NCBI RefSeq assembly: GCF_024521635.1
Contig: NW_026250403.1
Coordinates: forward strand, 2,046,001 to 2,110,000
Length of the DNA: 64,000 nucleotides
Reading direction: 5' to 3'
Source: Tricharina praecox
Taxonomy: Eukaryota
A program made the position numbers and the translations under genes. How positions within the stretch are numbered: the stretch's first letter is position 1; every line of letters starts with the position of its first letter. The notes under the pieces were generated by a model that was not told the DNA's origin, did no database searches, and saw only the letters and a list, made by a program, of their open reading frames with translations. This document shows, piece after piece, positions 13,252 to 25,453 of the stretch.

Positions 13252-14149
13252 ATGTCACCCCCCGCCGACCTCCCCGCCAACCACAAAAGCTACTACGAGC
13301 CGAATGGGCATTTCATGCTCCGCATGAGGGACAACACGTACACGGACCTCGGGTTCGTGCCAGCCGACCAGCGCCACCTCACTCTCACCGAGCTGCTAGC
13401 TGCGCGGCAAGCATACGCCAACCGGACGGCGCAGGAAGCGGGGCGCGCCTACAACAATTATGTGGCGACCAGCGGCAACGAGGACCGAGCGCGGGCGGTA
13501 GGGTATGAAGCGTACCTGCGCAACAATGCCGATAGAGCCGCCGGGAGGCGCCCGCTGTGGCTGGCGGCACCGGATGTAAGCTCTCCCCATGGTTTGCATG
13601 ACCGATAAGATGGGCAAGTATGCTGATGGGGAATAGTACGATGAGGAGCGTGCGAGAGTGAGGGACTGGAATCCGCCTGCTGGCGGGGGCTATCCGCAGG
13701 CGGGACAATACTACAATCCTGGCCAATACGAATATCCCGCTCAGGCGGCTGGCCAATATGAATATCCCGTTCAGGCGGCTGGCCAAAACTACTACTATCC
13801 CGCTCAGGGAGCTGGCCAATACTACTACCCTCCCGCTCAGGCGGCTGGCCAATACAACCCTCCCGCTCCACCGCCCCGGAACGCGCCCGGAGAAGCACGA
13901 CAGCCGCAACAGCAGGGAGTCCAGACACAAGGACTTTATCCTGACGCTGCTTTCGTATACGATCCCCTGACTGGCAGCTACAGGCCACAGGGAGCAGCCG
14001 GGCGGCAACCGCCAGAGGGAAACGGGGCGCAACAGCCGCCAAGAGCCGATTCTCAGGATGATGGGAGGATTCCTGATGGATATTTTACGATGTATCGGCA
14101 TCCTGATGGTGAATATAGGCTGCATCCGCCACCGGGCGGGCTCCACTAA
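13252..14149 (+). CDS. Hypothetical protein with a Gln/Tyr/Gly/Pro/Ala oligopeptide-repeat region
   Basis: Phase-0 intron 13576-13636 (GTAAGC..CTGAT..AATAG) joins ORFs 13252 and 13658 in frame. About six GQY(E/Y)xPAQAA-type repeats. Confidence 0.75.
13721..13867 (+). repeat. Coding minisatellite with 30-33 bp units (GGCCAATAC...CCCGCTCAGGCGGCT)
   Basis: Units begin at 13721, 13751, 13781, 13814 and 13847; all unit lengths are multiples of 3. Confidence 0.9.
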
Positions 14150-14489
14150 CCGAGGATGGACCGTTTCTCCAGTTCAATAATTTTTAGTCACTCCCCTAGG
14201 GATTTGAGCTTGGTAGTTTTCTGTTTTCGTTAGATAATTTATTTCATGCAACGCTGGAAATGGATGGATGTCATCTTCAATTATGTTTTCAAAATTCGAG
14301 GTTCACTCTTTTCATGCGGTTAGATAGCACAGCCAATTTCAGAAAAGTGTATACCATCATATCCCACTCTGAAACAGTTAACCATGTCACCATGTTTTTC
14401 AGGTACGGTTTCCCATTCGATACCTATGCCGACCACGCCATCATTCTCAGAGTTCCCGGCCGGTTTCCTCCATCATGCAACATACCTAC

Positions 14490-15746
14490 CTAGGCAAAAG
14501 CACCTTTCATGTCTATGATATGTCAGTCGTGACCATATATTAAAAATCGGATGGATTGACTTGAGCTCACAAAAACCGTGACAAGGAGTGATTTCGCACT
14601 TGATATGTGTGATGTAAGCACAGGTATTGTCAGAATCAGGTCCGATCAGTGTAGCCCACCACTCAGGTCCATCCACCAGTGGGTAATGCCATTCAAGCCT
14701 CGGAGACCAAACCGTGAAGGTCGTTTTGAAAAAGGGCTCGGGTTTCTTAGGATTTCTCGCCCCCAACGGCACAAGAATCAACCCAAGAAATGGATTAACG
14801 TATTCATTGAGAAGCCCGAGTAGGTCCACTTGCTTATCATAGCCATAGATGCGCATGAAGAGGCAGCGGTTCTTGGGGCGGGAAATCCCGTCGGCGATGT
14901 CCAAACGGATGATGAAGTCGCAGGCATTATAAGGGGCGTTGAACGGAGACTCAATTGGGGCGGAGCGGCCGGGGAAACTCTCCATGTTGATGGCGGAGTC
15001 CATGACTACGTCCCAAAGATGCACCATCCCATCGGACAATGAAGTTGGTTTCTTCAAATTTGGAGAAGACTCGAAACATTCAGGAAGGAGCCGTTGAATT
15101 GTTTCCGTAAGAAGCTGTAACGCATCCATCAATTCGAGTTCTAACAGCTAGAGGGAATACCTAGGTTCAACCGACCCTATTTTGCGTGTCCTCTGTGCGA
15201 ACGAGGAACCGCCGTGGCTCCGCAGATAGAGACTTGCGAAGCGTCATCCGAACAAATCCAGCCGCGTTGATGGTCGCCCGACGTTCATTCGAGATCATAT
15301 TGATAGCGGGAGAGTCCTTCGACTCGCGGAAGTACTTGGTGTGTGCGCCTATTACTGTGAGCGCGGTGCGAAGCTTGGGCTCCTCGTTATGTAGGATGAC
15401 CTCGTCTGTCTTTTCGAACATCATCGTAACCAGCATTGAGGGAAGTTTGCACAAATCTTCAAAGTCCGTCAGACGATCGACATGGTACATCTTACCATTC
15501 ACGCGGACTGCGACGTCGCGTGCCGCCTGGAAGCTGCGGTTGTGGGTTAAGATCTCGCGGAACGTCTGCGAACAGGTGTCAGTAAATGCCATCAAACTTT
15601 GCTCTGCCGGTACAAACCATTAAGTTGATGCTGAAGATAGACAATTCGTTCATGGCTTTGTCCCATCGCAAGGCGAGCTTACAATTGCCTAGTTTCAAGT
15701 CCTCCTCGGCAGATTTCACCGGAACTGTCTTCTCCTCAGATGCCAT
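14490..15746 (-). CDS. Hypothetical protein, 4 exons, no recognisable family
   Basis: MASEEK...INLM, intron 15617-15566 (GTTTGT..CTGAC..CGCAG), then TFREIL. A second intron near 15205-15148 has an uncertain donor. A last intron (GTGAGC..CTGAC..CATAG) leads to YMKGAFA*. The three ORFs join in frame. Confidence 0.6.
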
Positions 15747-16696
15747 CTGAACTGCCTTCTGCTTGACCTCTTTACCCTTCCGGCTCCCAGTTGGTATGTT
15801 TTCTGTTGGTGGTTGACGAGAGATGGAAGGGATACGGTGATTATCGGCGAACGAGAGACGCAGGGCAGCGAATCTCATGTACCGGATTACCGTAAAGTAT
15901 GAGGCGTGACGGTAAATTGTCACGTCACAGTGTAAGTCTTGACGGTAACGTTACTGTGTGTCGCGTCACGCACGTGACTGATTTGTGACTGGCCCCTTGA
16001 AAGAACGGAGAGAGTGAATACCAGCCCACCAGCCACCCACCAGCCACCACTGGCCGTCTTGGCAATAACGTTGCCGTCACGACTCATGCTTTACTGTCAC
16101 ATTAGTTACGTGACATTAGATACGTGACATGACATGTAACGTTACAGCCGGTATCAAACTTCAAACTTCAAACGGTTGCGGCTATGTAAAAATAGAACCT
16201 GGACCTACCACTAACTAGACTCTAACTACTAGGTACTCTAGTTAGAGTTAGTACACAAGCGGCCATACCCACAAACATGTGAACTTTGAAGCTGTGAACT
16301 TTGAAGCCGTCATCACGCACTCGAAACGCAGACTTCTTGTGGGTCCAAGCTGTTTGTTTCGTCTCGGAACGGGTCGATCGGGACATTCACCGTGTTGTGT
16401 CGATACACAACCGCTGGAGATCAGCAGCTTGCTGATCGCTGACGTTCAGCCGCAGCTGTCGCTGCCGTGTCGCACTGCATGCGATAGGCTGAGCTGAGGA
16501 GCTAAACACGCATTCTGGTTGCGAACGTCCAGGAACTCATCTGCTTGCATCGATAGTTCGAGTATAAAGTGTTGTGATCACCCAGGCCAACGCCATCGAC
16601 TGCAACAGCACCGTGAAACTCGCCGCGCAATACCCCACCCCACTACCAATACCCTTCGACCAACCACAGCCAACGGATTAGCAGACGGAAGCAACC

Positions 16697-18232
16697 ATGG
16701 ACGTCGCGTCGGGTCCATCGCCAACGACAAACAGCACAAACCGCTCCCCCGCGCCCTTCCGCTTCCCATCGACCTCGCTCCTCTTCACCGACACGATTCT
16801 CCTCTTCCGCAACTTCGCCTACCTCCCCTACATCATCTTCCCTTTGAACACGTCCAACCCTCGCGGCGAGTTGTACCTCTGGTCGCCGGGGAACATCTTC
16901 ACTCTACTAGTCCACGTCATTTTCGTCGCCGTCGGCATTTTGGGGTTCGGATTGATACCACTATGGTTGCAGTGGCCTGGCGCGATGTGGTTGCTGTTTG
17001 CGGCGGGGTATGGCGCGGTTGTGTGGGCGCTCGCATGGATACTTAACCAAGCGCCCGAGGGCGAGCTGATCGAGAGCCAGCCCACGATCGACGAGGTGCC
17101 CGGCGAGAAGTGGGTTTTCGTAAACGGCGTTATGGCGGGGAGGTGAGTACGCGCGCGCTTGGTGGGGTCGCATATCGGTGGCTAAACACGCGTAGGTGGT
17201 GGGCGCAGAGCGCAATCGATGAGCTTCAGCGACGGTTCGGGCGGCCCATAGACGCGATTCACAACCGCACGTCCGTTTCCCCTTCGCACCGAACACCGGA
17301 ATTCTTGCTGATAGAAGCAGATACGGCGTGGTGCTGGATATCTTTCAGTGCCTTATTCAGCGCGACCTGGGACTCACCAGCGGCTGCGTCAGAAACACGT
17401 ACAAGCAACTTCGGACCAATCTCCTAATGCGAGATCCCAAGAACCGGGAGGAATGGAGGTACAAGAAGGTCGTGGTCATTGCGCATAGTCAGGGAGCGTT
17501 GGTAACGTCGTTGGCATTGGACATGCTGTATGCGGACGTGGCGGACGAAGTACTGCAGCGCCTTGAGGTGTATGTACTCGACCGCATCCCTTCGCGGGGT
17601 CTCAGTGCGTCAGTTAGTTTCTGACTTCAGCAGCTACACCTTCGGTTGTGCAGCCAATCACTTCAATAACCCGCCAAACACGTACACGCCCAAGTCGGGT
17701 GGTAAGGCCATTCGCTTCCCGACGATCAAACACATCGAGCACTACGGCAACGGTAAGCATCCTCATCAGGACTACCCCCAAGACACGGCAATTCTAACCC
17801 CACCATTCCCCAGAATACGACTTCGTCAGTCGCTTTGGCGTCCTCGCCTATCATCCAGGGCCGCGCGCCCGTCAAGACAACACGGAAGCTGACTTCCTCG
17901 AATGGTCCCTCAGCGGCCGCCCACACGTCGCAGACGATGCCTACCATGGCTCGGGTATGGAAGACAACCAGTTCGCGGGAAAACTGTTTATGCGTCCTGG
18001 AAAAGGCGGACACCAGTTCGTGATGCATTATCTGGACGAGATGTTCAACGTCGGCGAAGAGGGGAAGCCCGTGTTTGTGCCCGTCAATGCGACTGAGGAT
18101 GCCGCCGATGGCAGGAGCGATGCGAAAGGTGTACTCATCGACGCGGGCCAGGAGGGAGTGATCAAGAAGACGGATTTGGAGGAAACTTCGAGGTTGTGGA
18201 GTTACCGCGGTGGCACGGTGCTGAAAGATTGA
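16697..18232 (+). CDS. Fungal hypothetical alpha/beta-hydrolase-like protein with N-terminal transmembrane segments
   Basis: Hydrophobic helices, WVFVNGV, IHNRT|YG, nucleophile-elbow-like VIAHSQG, EV|YTFGCAANHFNNP, IEHYGN|EYDFVSRFGVL and GHQFVMHYL. Four GT-AG introns near 17142, 17270, 17570 and 17753. Confidence 0.82.
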
Positions 18233-21200
18233 ACGAGTAGGCAGTGATCTGTGCATGATGTCAAGTATGATACCCTGGATTATGGAGACGGCGGTTTTGG
18301 AGATGCAACTAGATTTCATTGTTTCAAGATGAGCTGGAGCGCACGGTTGTTGTCGTCTAGATTTTATTATGTAACGCCTTGAAAGTGCTGACGAGCCGGA
18401 GAATAAGCCGCTTGAGGGCATGTGCATTGCCCCGATGGTTTCGTCTGCCGATGACAACATGACACGTGCAAGAAGCCATTGCACGTGAGTCGGTTTCCAG
18501 CCGATCACTCTTGGGGATCCACTCGTGACCAAAGTGCTGAAATCGGGAAACGTCCAGACTGGCTAAATCTAGCCAAGATCCTGAAAAGCCCCTCGTTGAG
18601 GACTGTACTATGATACTAGGATACTAGGTGCTTGAATCCATCGGCCGAGTGACGATGTGCGTGCCGTAGACGCGCTTAGCGGTGTCACAATCAGCCGTTC
18701 GTTGTGCGATTAAGCGCTTCTCTCGTGTGGCCGCTGAGTCAACGCCAAATGAAGGCCAAATTCAGCCGCTGACAGGGCCCGACGCGATGTCGAGAAAATC
18801 TTTCCCATAAGAAGCCGAAAGAGTGCAAAGGTTTCGGCCGAGTCAAGCAAGCGGTAGTTACTCTACTATCATACCATCGAGACACCTGACGTGCTCCTAC
18901 ACCAATAACTATCGGTAGAGTGAATGGCATTAACCTAGGATGGCGGCCTGGGAGTTCCTTGTCGCGCGCAAACATACAGTAACACCGCTTCGTGGGCGTG
19001 ATCTCATATGTGGACGCCAGCTTTGCGGACACAACCTCGAGCCCTCTGCATGCCATTGATTGAAATTGTCCCCGCAGCGATGGTGGGGCCGGGAGGGTGG
19101 CCTAAATACCACCTATGTCAACATGCACATGCCGGTCACCGCATATGTGGAACGGGGAAGTATCATATGTAGGCACATAATCCGACGCCGAGATTCTCCT
19201 ACATGCGATTCTCCTACATACGATGCCGATGCCTTATAACACATCACGAGCCAGGTTTCCACCACCGCCCTCCCGGTTTACCAGGGGAGGACGCGCTTCA
19301 ATGACACATCGCCGTGCAGCGGGAAAGGCCCACCACGGTACCACCACCACTACTACCGTCACGGTTATGTCGATAATCTTCTGCCAGCAGCTTGCAAATC
19401 AGGGCATCTAACTTAGTTAGCGCGCCAGTCTTCAGGCATACGTCGCGGGTTGCCTTGTCGTATACACAGTTGCCGACGATGTGGATAAGGCCCTGTCCGT
19501 AAATCTCGCCCGGCCGTAACCTTCAAACCGGCCTACATACGATTTACGACGACGGCTTTTTTTTGTTTCAATGCTGCATGCTGTTGCCTAGAATTCGAAC
19601 CCGTCGATGGTTCTCTCTCGCTTTTAGGGGGCCTGTGAGGCTGAAACGAGTGCACAACTGCCGGATGAAAAGCTCGGGTTGAATCTCATCAGGCCAAAAA
19701 ATACGTAAAAATTGTGAGCCTAAACCTCCCCAGAACAATAGATCAACTCACGGCAGTCTTCAGCCGGGATTCCTCCTAATCTCTGCGTAAAATCTTTGTG
19801 CCACGATGTCGCGATGTTGTTGAAGGTGGGGGATGGTTAAGTATCCTTGCCTACATCCTACATGACGACAGGATTTCCCCGTGGTCGTGTGGTACATGTC
19901 TGTATGTAGCCTGTAGGCACCGCATCCCGACCAGCTTATGTAAACATATCAGAGTTTGGCCGGTATGGCGGATGGGCGGTGATCGATGACATAACCTCTA
20001 TTCTACTCTACTCGAGTACCAGGTATGAGGTATGTCGTCTGCCACCACCATGAGAGGAGCAAATGTAGATGGAGGAGCTGATAAGATAGGAGGAGGAGAG
20101 GCTATTCTGGATCCGAATGGTGGTGTCAACTGGACTAGCCGGATCGAGTGACACCGAACGTTGTAGGCAGCGGAGGAGAGCCAACTTAGATAGCTCTTCA
20201 ATACAACCTCAACCTCTTCATCCCTCCTCACTTCCAGGGTTATGTCAACCTACTCCAGAGTACCTACCGGTATTCATTCACCTCCACGCAACGCAACCAA
20301 ACGTAACGCCTCCCAACGCACCCCAACGCAATCCAACACGACGAGACGACACAGCTCCGGAACCGGAACGACACTTCTGCACTTGTACTGCAAGCCTTTT
20401 TTCCGGACCTCTTTCTCGAAGATATTCCGCTGATCGGCCGGCCTGGATGACGGTTTGTCCGCGCGGCGGTAATCTCGGTACCTAAGGCCTCAATCAAATG
20501 CGCAGTGGGCGCACCGAAGCTGCAGGAAAGACGAACCTACTCTACCTAACGTACGATCTGCAACCTTTCTTTTCTAATCTCAATGTACCATACGAACGAT
20601 GTGCTGACGCTCGGGTGTATAGTATTACTATACCTAGTAATCGTGAGGCCCACTCTCCTCGTGGGCTACTACTCTATGCTATGCAAACTTTCGGCGGATG
20701 GTTTCACACCCGCAAGAACTTGAGCACAGCGGGTGACAGACTATGATCTGCACTGCAAGTCTGCAAGTCCAGACCTCTGCATAGGCCGCAAAGCCGGCAG
20801 TGAAAGTGGAGACGATATTTTTTCAAGCTAGTCATGTTCTGCTTCCCTCCCGATAGTTATATCGATCCGCACCGAGACGGTGGCGTTCACCATGCACCCA
20901 CCGGCACGAATACAAACGCGCAGCATTTCGGACCCCACTAGCTACAAGCCCAAAGTGCGAACTAGGTACCTTTTCTGACCGGTCTGCGCGATTCCAGGTA
21001 CATACATAAGCAACTACTAGGTAGGTAACGGGGTGAGGGGGGGACACCGCAACGTGAACGCGCACCTGCAAAGTTTTTGCTTCGAACACACATCCTCTCC
21101 TCCTTCCCAGTCACGTTGTGTGGTTTCCACCTCCCCCGTCGATAGGTATGTAGTAGTGGAAATTCCCCCCTCGGATTTCCTCGCTCTAGTGCGGTGGAGT

Positions 21201-24200
21201 CGATCAGTCAGTCACCGCGAGCACTGTTGCCTACAACCGTAGGCATCGGTGCTGATGCATGCATATCACGGATTTCGCGAGAGCGAGCTCACTGTCATTC
21301 TTTATGCAGGAATAGGGAGACAGAGAGAGAACTACGCCGCACGGCTACCGACGCACAGACTAGTTATCTAGCGGCGTGTTCGCAGTTTGTCCTTCACAAT
21401 TGGACCGCTAAGCGCCCGGCCGCGGAAAAAGTAACGGCCTGCGGCCGAAAAGAAATCACTCTACCGAATGATGCTGTGTGCTTGCGGGTGCCCCGTTCAC
21501 ACGCACACATCGTGGATCTGGACTGTGAGGTTGCCCGTCCCGTCGCCCCACCGGGTGCCACAGGGCTTCGATACAGACACCGAAAACTCACCGACCCGGC
21601 TGGGCCAATCCCCTGCTCCAAGTCAAAAGCTACCTATGGTAACGAATGGGCTAGCCGGCCAGTCGCAAAAGTGCTCAGCACTACGGTAGTTATGTACCTA
21701 GCTTGCTGAAGTGATATCCACAAATACGCGGCCAGGTATGTATGTCGGTAACAATGCATTACATTTATGGGTATTGAGACTCCCGCTGACAACGTTAGGG
21801 CTAGCTAGTACTACTGTCCGAAACAACAATACGGACTATAGTAGTAGCCTGCAGAGGAGACACCGAGTCAATCCTGCCACTGGTCGATAGTGGCATGTCA
21901 ATCGTTTCTGGCGCGGTGCATGACAGATCGGATGCTGTTAAGGGGGGCGGGGTAATCGGTGAAGTTTTCAACTGCCCCTCATCAGAAGATTTGGATCCGT
22001 TGCGGTGTACTCGGGGGCGAAACCTCGGAAACGATATTACAATCATGCTGGGTTGGCTTCGAGCACCGCAGCTCATTCCTACGACCGCAGATCATTTGCA
22101 TACAATACCGATGTGGGATGAAATCATTAAAATGCTAATTCGGGGAAGATGCGGGGGGCTCATATGGACGAATCGTTCTACATGTTGTGAGTTAGTGGTT
22201 TTTGATGGAATGCTGATCCACGACCATGTGCTTTCGAAGCTCATTGTATTCGCTGACCTCGATAGGTACGTACGTACGTACTATACTGAGTGAAACTGTC
22301 CTGGGGGGATGGGGAGGGGTGAAGGGGGGAGAGGTGAATGGCCTCGGTACGGGGACGCCGCCGCCCGAGTAGCATGAAAGACTGCATGGCAACCACATGT
22401 TTCGTCCATACGTTGAGCCGGCGCAGCAAGTAAGCATGCTTCTCTCGCTCCCAAACGGAATCCCAATCCATACCAATGGATGTCCTCCACACCAACCAGC
22501 AGCAGCACAAGCGGTTGCAATTCAAATTTTCGCCTTGTTTCTCACGCTTCATCTTAGCCGCATGCAGATGCACGGTCTTTGGCTGCGAACGTGTGGGGGA
22601 ATCGAATTGGCCTCGTCAGCGAGCATCCGCTGTAGGGAATCGGCTTATCGCTCACCCTACTCTACCATGCGGTGGTTGTCGGGTTGCGGGCCCTCTGGTT
22701 CGTCGAGACTGGCATCAGGTGCTGACGGGCAGCCACACCCGTCGTCGTCCAGGCTCACGTACCTATAGTATGGTATAGGCCACGCATCCATCAGCTGTAG
22801 GAAGATGCTGTTTCGGCATTGAGAACAAGCGATTCCGGGGATTCGTGGTCGCGCATAGCCGTGAGACTGGGAGGCGGGAGAGATCATCCGCGTGCGCTGC
22901 AGACTGGACCGAACCAACTGCTACTGCTGCTACAGCTGATGCTACGGCTGCTTCTGATGCTACTGCTGTTGCTGCGGACTGGCCCCACCGCGACCATAGG
23001 TAAGTAGGTGGTTATGCCTCACGGAGGATCGACCGTACCACCCCACTCATCCCAGAGCTAGGTATCCCTCCTGCCCCTCGACTCACCCTCCCTACCCGGT
23101 TATGCTGAGGGGGCGGGAGGCAAGGTGTTTCAACGGGTACAATGGAGAATGGACGGCAAACATGCGGAGTGCTCGCATTGCGTTGGTGTCCGCCAAGGTG
23201 GGGAAGTAGTCGAAAACCCACAATAAAAATCGTGCCAAGGCACCCTGCAGGACGATGCCACTTCTGGATACGCTGAAAGCAGGATCCCTCAAAGCGCACC
23301 TTTACGTGGATGCCGTTGGTAGGGGCGAGATTGTGGGAATCTGGGAGATGGTGGTGAGGAACCTTTGCCGTTATTTACATCCGTCTGCCTCATCCTGAAC
23401 TCTCGAGCCTCCCGCGTTCAAGCGTGGTTTGGATTCCCCGGCCCTTCCAGCATGATTTCCTGCACTGGATCTGAAGAGATGAGGATGGACCGACGAATCA
23501 GAACTGACCGGACCACGAAACGAAAGCTTGTGAAAGGGCTTGCGTTGGCCGTGCAGCCTTCGGATCCCGCACGAAAGGACGGATACACTTTGAGCCTGTG
23601 CTGCCGGTCTAGTGCTGCCGGTCTGGTGCTGCTATTCTGGTGGAAGGGGGAATTTTTTTTCCTTCTTCAACGCTGCCATCAAGTTTCCCACTTCATGCCT
23701 GATCGCAGATCGCAGATCGGTATGTTTTGGCTCTTTTTCCTGCAGCATCTCCAACAAACCATGAAGTTGGTGCTCCGAAGATGGGACATCAGGAAGGGGA
23801 CAGCAAGCTCCCCCCTCCTCCAGCGAGATGAACGGCTGACCTTGAACGTACGTTCTGCCATCTAGCGCCCTCTCCGGCTGGGGCGCATCTCCTGAAAGGT
23901 ATCGATGCTGTTCGAAAATACTTGGGAGCCCCCCCTCCCAGTCGAGACTCGGGAGTATCTTGCTTAACGTCACTGGCTGAAGGTCCGTGTTGCTTTTGCA
24001 CGCCCTTCCCTTCATTATCTGGCCCCACCGAGCGTGATGGTGGCGGAGTTAAAGGTACCTACGTTACGGTTATAATATCATACCATATGGTTAGTACATC
24101 ACTGGCCGTCCGTTCCCTTGCGTCCGGGACTTGTCATATGACTGCGGCGGTCGTCGCATCGCGTCCTGCGACGTCCACGACCGTACAGACGGTCCAGACT

Positions 24201-25453
24201 CGATCTACTGCACTGCACTGCACTCTACAGTCATGCACAGCGCTGCACGGATACCGCCCAGACGGTGACAGAGCGCAAGGCGTCAGAATGGCGGCAATAC
24301 CTACATTGCCTGCCGGTGCCGCAACCCCCCTCCCCCCCCTCCTCCCCCCCTCCCTTCCAACAACCACCCCCGCGCCTCGCGACCAACAAGTTGGGTACAC
24401 TACAGCGCACCTAGCCTGTAGATCCAAACGTATCCGTCCCGTGGATTCGGTTCTTGACGCCGCTTGAACTGGTATTCCACGGCTCGCTGGCTGGGCGGGG
24501 GGCGGGGGGCCCGGGGGTACGGTGCGGCTGGGCTGAGCTGGGCTGCGACTTCCATCACATTCCATCCCCGTCGATAATTATGCGCTGAGTCCCCTCTGCC
24601 CAGCCCAACCCGCCTCTCCAGACGTCTGGCCGGTCCTCGATGTAACCGACGCGATGTTGGAACTTGGCCCTTAGGGGGCTAAGTAACTTCATACTTATAT
24701 AGCTGTGCGCGCTGCGCCAGGAACCATGCGCGTGCTTGGGGGAACGGACTCCCGGAGGCTTCAGTCCGCACCCAGTGGGGTTAGGAGCGAATCCTGAATT
24801 CCGAGGTCGTCACGGCGATCGCGATGAGAGGCATGGACCGGCGATCTTCAGCTCTAGTATGGGAGAGACTGGAGACGTCTACGACATGAAACTAAGGTTG
24901 ATGATACTTTAAACGTGTTGCCGACTGATTTCGGTCGCTTGTGGGTATTTTGTACGGTAGCCACGTCTCAGACCCCACGACACTCAACGGCTTTCCCATT
25001 GGTGTCACTTGCTCCGGCCGGTGTCATCGTCCTACCCATCCATTGGCACCGCTAAAGGGCTCGTGGGCGCCCTCAGGACTATGCACATATCTGGAAGATT
25101 CGTTCGTTGCTCATCCCCATCCTAAATTGATATATATGAAAGATGACAAAGCTTATGTTGATGCTAATTGTCGGTGATGGAAAAGGGCGAAATCGGCATT
25201 GAGAACATCGCAAAAAAAAAAGAAAAACAGAGTAAGAAAAACCAAAGAACGCCCAACGCCCCATGCCAAAGAAAAACACACACATTAAGTTACAAGATTA
25301 ATCCGCTATATCACCAGCCAATGACAGAAAGTCGAAAGACAAAAGTATCTTTCAGCCCAAAAACCTGCCATGCATGCATGAAGCCAAACAAGCGAACAGC
25401 CCATCGCAACTGTCCGGAGATTCCCATGTTCCCACACCTTGAAAAAAGATCCT

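Noticed and set aside
16255..16300. GCGGCCATA resembling a 5S rRNA 5' end
   Set aside because: Similarity stops after about 9 nt and no internal 5S boxes follow.
19585..19615. GGTTCGAATTC B-box/T-loop-like motif on the minus strand
   Set aside because: No pairing T-stem, acceptor stem or A-box, so it is not a tRNA.
23012..24015. Minus-strand ORFs (127 aa and neighbours) as a gene
   Set aside because: No recognisable motif or consistent splice model. It may be a decayed sequence but cannot be supported.
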